Source: Guillardia theta CCMP2712
Lineage: Eukaryota; Protista; Cryptophyta
DNA: 35,748 bases
Reading direction: 5' to 3'
Assembly (NCBI RefSeq): GCF_000315625.1
Contig: NW_005434518.1
Span: 89,151-124,898 of the forward strand
A program made the translations under genes and the position numbers. Under the pieces are notes generated by a model. It saw only the letters and a program-made list of their open reading frames with translations. It was not told where the DNA came from and did not search any database. Shown here piece after piece: positions 1 to 11,617 of the stretch. The first letter of the stretch is position 1, and each line of letters starts with the position of its first letter.

Positions 1-400
1 CTTTTTGTCTACCCTACCCCTTGCTTTCTAGCCTGTTATGCCCGGGAACTCAACCCCCACCCCCTCTTTGCTCTACTTACTCAGCACGTACTTCGAGGAC
101 CGCGGCATCCGGTAGGAAGCGAAGAAAGTTTCTTTACTACAAGTCACGGGATTGGACAATGCTTCCACCCCTACCTACACTCTAATGCAAAGACCGGTGT
201 AAATGAGTGTATTATCACGGGTAACTAGCAGAGAAACAAGTACCCCCACCCCGGACGACGTGATCAAGGCCCAGGCTTGCCAGCATTTTGTGTAGTATCG
301 CGTCTCCACCCCTGTCTCCTTGGAATCTTAGGACCCACCCTTGCGCTGTTATTTTGTACCTTCATGTTCCAGCGATAACCGACCCTGGCACCTCCTTTTC
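1..400. repeat. TACCC/CACCC-rich intergenic island (type A)
   Basis: Dense CTACCC/CCCACCC words and AAGTACCCCC at 238. The same vocabulary occurs at 4255-4560, 21060-22210 and 33005-33585. Confidence 0.55.
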
Positions 401-799
401 TCCTTTTCTTGATAACGGGAACACAACGCTTCTCACGTCCCAGTCTTGCGTCGTTTGATCACTAAATGTGTTTTTCATGAGATTGTAAACAGTATCTTTC
501 GAGATCTCCACGAGGACAAAAACTTTGTAAGCACCAACGTGGCGGATGTGCTACAAACTCTCGTACAGCCACGAAGTCGCTCTAAATTTGACTTTTAAAA
601 AAACTTGCATAAAAATGTTTTACAGGCGTTGCCAATCCTTGCGACCCAATAATATTGTTTTACTTCTGCCACAGAGGTCAACAATGATTTTACTTCTGGT
701 GTACTATAACACTTTTATTTTGCCGTGACCAACAGCTGGGCTCAAGTAGTAATCTCATGTAGTAAACATAAAATCCAATAACCGAAGAAACTGGGGGAC

Positions 800-1830
800 G
801 CCGATCGGATCAGAGTCACGGCCACCCTCTTGAGCCTCGGAGAATCTGACTCTGTGAGGCATTCGGGGCCCCGGTGCCGGACCGGCCGGGCCGGCCGGCG
901 CGGCCGGCCAGTGTCACTCCGTGGCACTGGTCAGTACGGACTCACTGTGAAACTTGAAACTTTCTGAGCGCCGGGGCCCGGCGACACACTGTCTGGGCCG
1001 TTTATTGCGCGGCCAGTGATTGAGAAGGTAACTTACCGTAGCCTGTAGTAGGCCGCTGATAGCCCTTCGCGGTATGGTCTGCCACCGTGCCCGTGGCACG
1101 GTACGACAGTGGTCAAGCCTAGCCTGAGGCTCGTCTACTCTCCTGCTGTCGGAGGCTCGTACTGATTTTTGACTTAACTTTGAGTAGTGAGATGATACTC
1201 CTGCCAGGCTGCCGATTCACGGTCCTCGTACTGATTTTTAACTTTGCCTGAGTCGAAAGAAAGCCTGGGATAGAAACGTTGAAAGGCCCAACTTAGCAAG
1301 GTCCTAGCCTTTATTCAGTGTGCCCGAAACTTCAACCGGCGGCGGCCACTCAGTGCCGCCGCTGAGTGCCGCAGTGCGCGGCCAGGCGGCACTGCCGCAG
1401 TGTCGGCGTTCACCGTGCACTGGGCCGCCGGAGTCCGATCATGCGGCTGATCCCGGAGTCCGATCGGCGAGGCCCGGCGGGCTGCCAGTGCCGGGCGGCC
1501 CGGAGTCCGAGACCGTCGGAGCCTCCGAAGTTTCTGCCCGGCGGCGACTGAGCTCCAGCGACTCGCGCGGCTGAGAACTCAGTGAGAGTCAGAGTACCTG
1601 CCGAGTGTCACGCCGGGTCGGCAGCCTCCGACCTGACACCCGGCCGCCCCGGGCGCCCGCCGCTCCTCACCGTGGCTGTCCGGCACTGCGGTGCCGGGCA
1701 CCCGCTCCGACGTCTCAGTGTCACGGTGGCAGCCTTTCAAAGTTTCTCAGTCCCTTCAGCTCAGTCCACTCAGTTCACTGCCACTGTTCTCCGATCGGAT
1801 CCACTCAGTGAGCTGGCAGCCTCTCAGCGG
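800..1830. repeat. GC-rich palindrome-dense block (type B)
   Basis: Built from CCGG/GGCC, CCGATCGG, GAGTC/GACTC, CTCAGT and GTCAC words. Shares CTTAACTTTGAGTA (1173-1186) with 23270-23283. Confidence 0.55.
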
Positions 1831-2362
1831 CATGATATGGCACTCCCGTGGAGAAGGCTCGAGTCCCGGGACACGGATCCGCCCTTATCTTCCCAAACGA
1901 TGGGCCTCTGCCCGGCTGTCTATCCTCTCCCTATCCTGCCTTTCCGAACCCCAGCCTTTCGTCTTTCTCTCCCCAGGGCCCGGCCAATACCCCAGCTCTC
2001 CCCCAGGCAACCGCTCTCCAGGCCCTGAGGATTCCAACCGTTGAACTCCCAATGCCCACAACCACACCCAAACCCCCGCACCCACCCCTTCTCCCTCCGA
2101 CCTCTCGCTGTCACATCCTCCTTTCGTTTGTCCCTTTTCTCTATCCGAATCTCTCCCTCCTCCTTCTCGCTTGACGGAATGCATCCCCCCAGGCTCGCCA
2201 TCGCCATTGACGCATCGCCCAAGGGCTCAACCATGTTGGGACGTGCCTGCGACGCTTGCATGCCCGATGCCAGCCCAACATCATCATATTACTCCAGAGG
2301 TCCTCCTGCGTACAACTAAAGTGTTTGGTCCGACCTGAACTCAAGGAACTGAAAGGCCCCAG

Positions 2363-3411
2363 TCATAGGATCACTTTCCTGATCGGGCGGACAGTTCCTG
2401 TCCGGCGATTTCTCTGAAACATCTCCTTGATGTTCTGCAGAAGCGTAAGCCCTCAAACCATTCGAAAGGAGGCACAGTCGCACAAATTCGTATTCGACGT
2501 GATTGCTGGCTGTGAACAAGCACACATCCTTGTTTTCCTGCTGGGCTTGTTCGATGGCCTCCTGGGGTCAAGAGGGAAAGTGTCAATCTTGTGAAGGATG
2601 GGGAGGGGAACAGCAACGCAACTCACACTCCCCTCTTCAGGAATATCCATCCAGCTGATGGAAACAACGCGTCAAAATCGAACGAGACTGTTGACGAGGG
2701 AAAGAGGACGGGGAGAGCAGGGGAGTGCTGAGATATTGCCAGTACCCATCGTCCCCTGCCAAGAACTGCCACTTTGTCTCCTGCGATCAGGTATCAGCAG
2801 GACGATGACGTCATCGGAGGTAGAAAGAAGCGTACGCTGTGATGATCGGCATCTGTCAGATCGACAACGACGTCTACATTCAAGTCCGGCAGCTGATCGA
2901 TGAACATGGAACTTAGCAGTCAGAACAAGGCATCCAAGCTTTCTCATCCGAGCACCACTTGCTTCATGTCTCCCTTGCAAATGCAGTCATAGAATCTTTC
3001 CAGGTATTCGACGGCCTTGCATGTCCCTTCCTTCTCCTTGAGCTCCAGGGCCTTATGTTTAATCTGCAGCAGCCGTCAGCCAGACTTTCATGGTTACTCT
3101 TGAGATCAACTTGTGGATAGTAATCGAACAAGCTCGGGAGTGTTCTCGTTTCTTCCCAACTCCTGAGGATCTCTTCAGCTCCACAAAAACATGCACAAAC
3201 TTTGGCATACGATTCGCCAGGAACAGTCGATTCGATGGTTTTTACAGATATCTTCTTGTTGTTCAGGAGTTGAAAGAGTTCCTTTAGAGACAAGATTTTC
3301 AGATCGTGTCAAGATTCGATGCATTCTCTGCACAAGACATAGATCCTCGACATGCCCTACCATCCCGCTGCGTCTAGAGCTCCACCCTCCTTTTCTCTTG
3401 CTGAATTCCAT
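2363..3411 (-). CDS. Small multi-exon WWE-domain protein
   Basis: Phase-consistent exons 3063-2959, 2892-2836, 2780-2746, 2654-2627, 2561-2484 and 2434-2363 with GT-AG introns give a C-terminus ...ETKWQFLAGDDGWMDIPEEGSEAIEQAQQENKDVCLFTASNHVEYEFNIKEMFQRNRRTGTVRPIRKVIL*. This matches the WWE pattern (W..W..E..Y..M.Q.N..TG..R.IR). The 5' exons and the start at 3411 are less certain. Confidence 0.8.
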
Positions 3412-3489
3412 TCACGCTATCCACCTCATTCCTTGACTCACCCTCGTGTTCATCTTAGGCCATCATTCTGCCACCACTTCCTCCATCTT

Positions 3490-4122
3490 TAATTCACTCC
3501 TTCCCTCCTGCACCACCTCTGTCCTCTCTCCTCTCCCTTTCTCCTCTCTCCTCTCTTCTCTTCCTCTCTCCTTTCTCCTGTCTCCTCTGGCTGTCTCCCC
3601 TCCTTGTCTCCTCTGTCCTCTGTCCTCTGTCCTCTTTCCTCTCTTCTCTTCCTCTCTGATCTCTGATCTCTGTCCTCTCTGCTCTCTGCTCTCTGTCCTC
3701 TCTGCTCTCTGCTCTGTCCTCTGTCCTCTGTCCTCTCTCTCCTCTTCCTTTCTCCTCTCCCTTTCTCCTCTCTCCTCTCTCCTCTCTCCTCTCTTCTCTC
3801 TCCTCTCTCCTCTTCCTCGCTCCTTTCTCCTGTCTCCTCTGGCTGTCTCCCCTCCTTGCCTCCTCTGTCCTCTTTCCTTTCTGCTCTCTCTCTCTGCTCT
3901 CTGCTCTCTGTCCTCTGTCCTCTGTCCTCTCTTCTCTCTCCTCTCGGAGGAGTCCTCCTCCTTTCTCCTGTCTCCTCTGGCTGTCTCCCCTCCTTGTCTC
4001 CTCTGTCCTATGTCCTCTGTCCTCTGTCCTCTGTCCTCTCTGCTATCTGCTCTCTTCTCTTCCTCTCTGCTCTCTGCTCTCTCCTCTGTCCTATGTCCTC
4101 TCTCTCTCTCTCTCCTCCTCAC
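3490..4122. repeat. CT-rich low-complexity tract with internal duplications
   Basis: CTCTGTC/CTCTGCT units. A 38-bp unit TCCTTTCTCCTGTCTCCTCTGGCTGTCTCCCCTCCTTG recurs at 3569, 3821 and 3959. Confidence 0.85.
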
Positions 4123-4164
4123 CTGCCATCGCACTTCGCCCACTTCGATCGACATGGTCAAACT

Positions 4165-4560
4165 AAGAAAGTATCCGGAAAAGTATCCGGAGAAGTATCC
4201 GCCAGTATCCGAGAAAACCGTTACATTGGTTCAAATGTTTCAACACAATGGCGACCATGGACCTAGGTAGGGTACTAGAAGTACCCGTGGTTTTTAAATC
4301 AAAAGTTCCTAAAAAGTACCCCCTCGTCTGAATTGGACTCCTTGGAGGGGTTAAAAAATACGTTACCATCCCCTTCGGAAAAACTCACTTTCGCTCAACG
4401 TTGAACGATTGGTCAAGACTTCTAAAAATAAACTATTGACATGTACTGAAACTTAAAAAAAGAAATCAATCACCCCACCCTCTGATATGAAATTACGTTT
4501 CATACATGAGGGGTCCTGATTTTCGTTCGTCCTATTTCAAAATTTGCCTTGTTTCCCGCC
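4165..4560. promoter_or_regulatory. Candidate bidirectional promoter island (type A) between the WWE and DnaJ genes
   Basis: AGTATCCG x4 (4170, 4182, 4194, 4204), AAGTACCC at 4279 and 4314, an AT-rich core, and divergent flanking genes. Confidence 0.4.
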
Positions 4561-4787
4561 ACCTCCTTACCCGCACTCTACTCCCTCCCTCTCCCCTCTT
4601 CCGCTCGCCCCCTCCTCCTCCTCCTTCCTATCCCTCTCCCCTGCTGCCCAATCTTCTTCTCGATACACCTCTTCATCATCAGGCATCAAGAGGCAGGAGC
4701 GCCACAGGTCCATGCGTAGAGAGCGGTTGGATTGTGTACTACTGTGCATTTGGGCGCATCGGATGTAAGTTCTAGGTGGGTGAGGCG

Positions 4788-7735
4788 ATGAAGTTGCGAG
4801 AAGAGATGAATGCGCAACGAAGACTAGTGCATCAGCTCGTCCTGGTCTTCTCTGGCGCTGTTATCTTCTTGTCTTTCTTGCCAGGAAACAGCGCTGGTGG
4901 TGTCCTGTGGGCCAGGGAAGCTGCAGGGACCAGACCGGATCTCCGCACGCTTCCTCTTCATGACGCCAAGTGTGTGGCTGCAGCATTTCGTCTCCGAGGA
5001 GGCGCTCCCAAGAAGAAGCCAAAGGCAGCGGCTGCAAAGAGTGTGAAGAAACAGGCTGCCGGTGATGCCATGGACGTGGCTGATCAAAGCATGTTGGCGA
5101 ATGATTCGAACAAGGGTGGAGGCAACCATGAGAAGCCGAGGATTGACACTTGCCCCGACACGCAGAACCTTGACAAGGATGAGACGGACTCACTCTACTC
5201 AAGCGACCTGCCGCTTCAGAACCACGATGTCGGCAAGACTGACGAGTCGTGGCTCACGCGATCGCAAGTTCCTTATGGCTTCTATAATATTCTCGGCCTG
5301 GATAGATCGGCAGGTGCTAAGGTAGCTGACAGTACTACCAATATCATGCCTTAACGCTCGATGAGCAGGAAATTCGTCAGGCTTACCGAAAGCTTGCTAT
5401 TCTTGCCCACCCCGATAGAAACCAGCACAATGTCGAAGAAGCAACTGCAAAGTTTCAAATCTTGCAAGTACTTTACACTGATGCACACGATCCTGGATAC
5501 CTGATATCTTGACAGAAAGCATACGAAGTTTTGTCAGACCCCAGCAAGAAGAGCTTGTATGATATTTCTGGTGAGACCGGAGGCTGTGCGACGTTTAAGT
5601 GTAATACAACTTGCAGGCCTTCTGGAAGAGGATACGACCGAGTTCGGCATGGGGATGGGAGACATGGCGTTCAACGATGTCGTCGAGTACTTCAGACAAC
5701 TTGAGAGGGTACTGAGATGCCCATCTGCGACCTTGCGAGCGCCGCTGAACGCGATGGGTCCAGGTTGTTTCGCAAGAGGACATAGTCTCGTTCGAGGAGG
5801 AGGTAAGTAGCTAAGACTGTTACAGTCCTACTCCCTTCATGATGCCGTCTACAGTATAGGGGCAATCCTCCGGAGAAGTCAGACTTGATTTCCTTTTACC
5901 ATCGTTTCAAGGTCATGCTGCCGGCTGTGATCGCAAGGTCGCTGAATGCTTCCCTCATACCATTCAGGGAGACTTGGCGGATGTCATTGCATACATACCA
6001 TATGCAGAGGATGATGACATGATGCGATTTCGTGCGATTCTCACTCGCGAGGTAGATCTAGACCTGTCTTGTAGACTGCACTTGTCGCAGAGTGATGCTG
6101 ATGTTCCTCCGACAGGTCCAAGAAAAGAACCTCCGTCCTTATGAAGCGTTCAACGCATGGAAGTTGGACGACCAGACCTTGAAGGTCCTCCGCTCATTTT
6201 TCTATTTGTTGTAACTGACTGACCTGCAAGAATACGCCTGAGCTGATGGTTCCCAAGAAGAGAATAACTACACAAGAAAACAACGCTAGCGTAAGTGACG
6301 TTGCTCACTACACAGCACAACTCCCTCAGTTCATGCTTCTGCAACAGTTTGAAGCACTGAGAGCAAAGATCCAAGACAACAGATCTAAGAGAGCGCAAGA
6401 CATAGTCGACAAGCTTCAAAAATATGCTCCAAATGCTGCCAAGTCACAGCCCAGCCTGGAGGCAGCTCGGGTACCCGGTCCCTCCCGTACTTGCCGGGTC
6501 TGACTTGCTGCCTCTCAGGGCTCTATAGACAACGCCATCTCCGACAGGCCGAAGCGACAGGCAGCTCTCCATCGCCCGCAGCAGGCATTGAGCTCTCCGA
6601 CTTGAGATTGACTCGTGACCCTCATACCTCCCAGCATGCTCCGGTCGTCCGAGCGGTCGCTCAGAAGTCGACGGCAAGACCTCAAAAGGCCCCCAAGCTC
6701 AAGTCTGAAGCTGCTGGCAAGCCGGCGGGGAAGAGAGGACGACCGCCGTCAACGAAACCAGCCGAGGTCGCCAATGCTGCCGCGAAGAAACCTGCCAAGA
6801 AGATTGGGGCGAAGAGCAAGACCAAGGCTGCGAGCGCCAAGAAGGACGAAGGGGTGATGAAAGGCGTTGAGAAGATCAAGAAGGCTGGAAAAGCCGGAGA
6901 AAAGGCCAAGGAGGCTCCTGCTAAGGAGAAGACATCCAAGGACAACAAGACGTCCAAGGCTTCTTCCGCCGTGAAGAAAGTTGGCACGAAGAAAACAGTC
7001 GAAGCCACTTCCAAAGCCAAGGTTGCAGGAAAGAAAGAGGCAGCAGCCAAGACAAAGAAAGCTTCCAAGGAGACTGGCAAGAAGAGCAAGACTGATGAGA
7101 ATGTGGATGTCAAGCCAGAAAAGAAGAAACAGGGAAGGCCCCCCAAGGCAGGAGCCAAGACCAGCGCCAAGGCGACCAACAAGTCGCAGCCCAAGGAGAA
7201 GAAAGCTGCTGCTGCTGTTGCTGCTCCTTCAGGCCAGGCGGCCAAGCAGAACCCGCCAGCCAGGAAAGCAGCGAGCGCAGCCGCGGGGAAGAAGTCTGAG
7301 ATGTGAGCTCGTGCCTTGCCGGGGACGTTTGACGTCACCTCACGCCTGGTGCTCCTGCAGCGTTACAGCTGGTTCAGCCGCCATGAGGGCCAAGGTGGAC
7401 AAGGACAGGGTGGTGGCGAAGGCGGCAAGGTCTGAGCATGCGCGACTTGCAAGGCTGGTCTCTGACATGCGACCCAGCGCTGCTAGGAGGCAGCTGGGCA
7501 AGAAGGTGATCCCTGTGGGGGGCTCGGCCAAGATCAGCGGAGGTCTGACTTGCCTCGTCCCTCTCCCGCATCGTCCAGTGACTGAGATGCAGTGAAGAAG
7601 CACTCCCGCAACCCTCTCAAGAAGAAGCTTGTCAAGAGGGTGAAGAACTTCCCTGTGCCCTCCCAGCCGACGGTCAGTGACTTTTGCCAGGCTGCCCAAG
7701 GCCGCCGGGCCCCTGGAGCGAAGCCCTCGGCCTGA
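4788..7735 (+). CDS. DNAJC9-like J-domain protein with N-terminal signal/transit-like leader and Lys/Ala-rich histone H1-like C-terminal tail
   Basis: The spliced J-domain reads FYNILGLDRSAGAK|EIRQAYRKLAILAHPDRNQHNVEEATAKFQILQ|KAYEVLSDPSKKSLYD (HPD intact). It continues into a DNAJC9-type segment VVSQEDIVSFEEE|YRGNPPEKSDLISFYHRFK|GDLADVIAYIPY. It can be spliced in frame into the K/A-rich exon (~6635-7302) with KRGRPP and KQGRPPK, then small basic exons to TGA 7733-7735. Confidence 0.8.
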
Positions 7736-8025
7736 TCTGGTCGAGCTGAATGCTCGTGGGCAGAGCTTGAGACGCTGATGTCTCTTGCACCCACAGTCAA
7801 GACTGTTTGTTTCAATATTTCTATGAGAAGGATATTAAGATGGTAATCATGAAGAATGTAACATGACATGCGTGCACTTGTGCTTGTAGCAATCCTTGTC
7901 TTCGTCGAACACACTGCGATGTTGTCGCGATTGAGCTGCTGCTGCCAGGCCAACGGCCTCGTGGATGGTGTTAGCCGTAGTTCGAACACCTTGAGCAGCC
8001 CGCAAATCCAGCGGGAAAGCGAACC

Positions 8026-8133
8026 GAGAACGATACCCAGGTTGTAGATGTAGAGCACGATACCCAGGTTGTAGATGTAGAGAATGATTCTCAGGTTGTA
8101 GATGTAGAGAACGATTCTCAGGTTGTAGATGCA
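8026..8133. repeat. 27-bp minisatellite x4
   Basis: GAG(A/C)A(C/T)GAT(AC/TC)(C/T)CAGGTTGTAGATG(T/C)A at 8026, 8053, 8080 and 8107. Confidence 0.9.
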
Positions 8134-8229
8134 GCAGCTCTACGTCTCGACCTTGGACTATGTGCGATGCGGCGGATGTACCTTCACCGTCAGCAGCGGA
8201 GGGAGCTGACGCGGCAAGGCTCCTGCAAG

Positions 8230-9060
8230 ACGGACCGTGTCTGGGACCTGCACTTGTTTGGGATCAAGTCATTGTCAGGGAAGGTGTTTGTGGGCATGAC
8301 GGCACTGACGATGCTCGACCTGTCAGAGAACGATCTGACGGAGATACCAGAAGGAGCTCTCGATACATCATGAGCAACAAGGTGTCTTCCCTCCCGTCAG
8401 GGATCTTCAACCGACTCACCAACCTGGGCTACCTGCTACTCTCATCGAACATGTTCGAGACCATGCAGGCAGGAACTCTTCGCCGATCTCACCACCCTCT
8501 TCGAAGCATCGCTCTACAGCAACAGACTTGCTAGCCTCCCGGACACACTCTTCGACGGTCTGAACTCATCTGCGAAGTGTCGATCTTGAGAGCAATGCCT
8601 TGAGAGGCAACTCTGCCAGCAGCTTCGTCAACCTTCCAGCTCTCAGACACCTCAATCTTGCGATAACAACATTCCCGCATCTCTTCTACAGCATTCGCAC
8701 TTTTTCCTACGCGCGTCCATGTAGTCATGCAGCAACCCCGTTACGTGTAACCGCGGTTGGCCGGCAAGGGTGCAGGCAGATCCCGGACTCCCGGCCTGTG
8801 CTGGGCCGTCGGGGAACGGCTTCCTGGCCAGCTGCAGCTGTGCGGTCGGGTACTACAGACAGAGGAAGAGGATCGGGTCTAGTGGGGGATCGTCGGCATG
8901 CACCAATGGATCACCCAGCCAGGTCTAGAAGCCGTACACCTCCATCCCAAGACACTTCCATCCCACTCAGTCTCAGGCTGTGCAGCATCCTTTATATCCC
9001 TTGCCATGCTTTCCCTCTGGGTACTACGGCAAGTGTGTGTTGGGTCACGCTGCTCTGACC
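8230..9060 (+). pseudogene. Degraded LRR + Cys-rich surface protein fragment
   Basis: Typical-class LRRs lie in shifting frames: GMTALTMLDLSENDLTEIPEGAL; SNKVSSLPSGIFNRLTNLGYLLLSSN; SNRLASLPDTLFDGL; FVNLPALRHLNL. Cys-rich remnants follow (CSCAVGYY, PSGYYGKC). Stops and frameshifts occur without convincing introns. Confidence 0.65.
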
Positions 9061-9451
9061 ATAGGAGGAGCTGCTAGCCGCTGGTTCTCGCCTCCTGCCC
9101 TCCTATCTTGTGCTACTCGTACTGTTACCGCACATGAAACTGCGAGTCGCTCGTCTAGTTCCTGCTGGAGGGAAAAAAAAACAGTTTTACAGTGTTTTAC
9201 AAATCAAGACGTTGATATTCCCCCGGGGACTACCAAGTTTTCCCCAAGTCCCTTGTACATAAAGGCATATTTTAAAAAGGGGCAAACCTGGTAGTGTTGA
9301 TTTTTTAAACAGTCTAAATAATTTTAGTAATCAGGATTGTGCTGTCAGTGTACGAGGCTTGTATAATTAAGTACTAGAATTTTCTCCATCACCGTACATC
9401 TTTCAGTATATTTTCTAGTACCAAACTTGTTTAAATTAGTTTTTCATTTAA

Positions 9452-9985
<534 letters not shown>

Positions 9986-10132
9986 TAGTAATAGTTTTCT
10001 TTGTATCAAATTTGGCTCAGTCAGAAACATTCACTGCTCATTCCATACTTGTGTCCTTCCTTTCTCTGTTCATCATTGACTTTGACGCTTGCATGAATGT
10101 GACTCTCGTTTTCTCACTTTGAGCCGCGCAGG

Positions 10133-11556
10133 ATGCTGAAGAGCAAGCTCGGAGGAATGTTTCAATCCGCCATGTCAGATGCAAAGAAAGCGAGTGCGGA
10201 AGGAGGGGAAGGAGGAGGAGGAGGAGACGGTTCCCTCAAGTCTCCGTCCTCCTTCATTCAGGGATCTGCGACGGCCATCAAGATCCTGATGGGAGAGGAC
10301 AAGGAAGGCAAGTCCTCCAGTCAGCTCCTGTCGAGGATGCACGGAGCTGAGATGGATCAGTTCGCGGGGACAGTGGTAAGGAGGGGGACGCTGAGGAGGA
10401 AGGATACTTTCAACCTGGTGAGCAGCAGTTTCACGGACGTGACGGTGGAGCTAAGGGAGAAGTTCCTGGTGGTGCTGGGGGGCGAGAAGGAGGAGGTGAA
10501 GGAGAGCTTCAACCTGCTGGACGTGGAGGTGGGGAAGTACGAGAAGAAGGGAGCAGTGGGTTTCACAGTCACTCAGAGGGAGCATGGGAGGCTGTCGATG
10601 ATGGCGAAGGAAGCGACGTTGTGCTGTGCGAGCGAGGAGGATAGAGATCAGTGGATCGAGGCGCTGAGGGATCTACACGAGAAGGCGAAGACGCATGCAG
10701 AGAACAACAGGTTGTGATGAGGAGAGGAAGGGAGGAGGAGGAGGATGGGGGGGGGTAGGGAGGAGGATGAAGAGGAGGAGGATGGGAAGGGGGGGGGAGG
10801 AGTGGAAGAGGAGGAGGAGTGGGAAGGGGGTGGGGAAGGGGGGGAGGGAGGGAGTTAGGTAGGGGAAAGGATATCTGATTCGACTAAATGGGGGGGGTGG
10901 ATGGACAAAAGTGANNNNNNNNNNNNNNNNNNNNNNNNNNNNNNNNNNNNNNNNNNNNNNNNNNNNNNNNNNNNNNNNNNNNNNNNNNNNNNNNNNNNNN
11001 NNNNNNNNNNNNNNTGCCTTCTTTCATCGCCGTAGGTTTCTCCGGCCTTCCCACAAGAAGGTGCCGCTTGGATTGATACTCTCTACAAGAGAGCATTTCT
11101 TGGCAGTTTATGAGGAATTAGGCAGCCTCTCCTCCCCGGGCGGACTCCCCTCATCCACATCCACCTATCGAGATTAGTAACAATCTTGAGGATATGTCAC
11201 AGACACATGAGAAGAGGAAGAGGAGGGTGTCCGAGGGGGAGGGAGGAGGGAGGAGGGAGGAGATTCTGACTTGGGAGTTTCCAGGATCATGTGCGAGAAA
11301 GCTGCGATGAGGGTGAAGGAGGAGGCAGAGGCCTTGAAGATGCGATTGGAGGAAGAGGCGAAGAAGCGGGAGATGGAGAACGCAGAGAAAAAGGAGAGAG
11401 AGGAGAAGGAGCAGAAAGAGCGGGAAGAGAAGGAGAGGGAGGAGAAGGAGGAGAAACAAGAGCTGGACGAAGAAAAGTCGGAAGAGGAGAAGGAGGACAA
11501 GGGAGACAATGACAATGTCAGTGATGCAGACAAGGCAAGCGATGAGGCCAAGACCG

Positions 11557-11617
<61 letters not shown>

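Noticed and set aside
1320-2044. Overlapping Pro/Arg/Gly-rich ORFs
   Set aside because: GC-rich block open in several frames with no domain signal.
3446-4270. Long ORFs on both strands (274 aa, 232 aa)
   Set aside because: Translations of the CT-rich repeat, which is stop-poor by composition.
6491-7306. Independent histone H1 gene
   Set aside because: No globular winged-helix domain and no ATG start. It is better explained as an exon of the DnaJ gene.
8026-8133. Possible CRISPR array
   Set aside because: The repeats are directly tandem with no spacers, and the context is eukaryotic.
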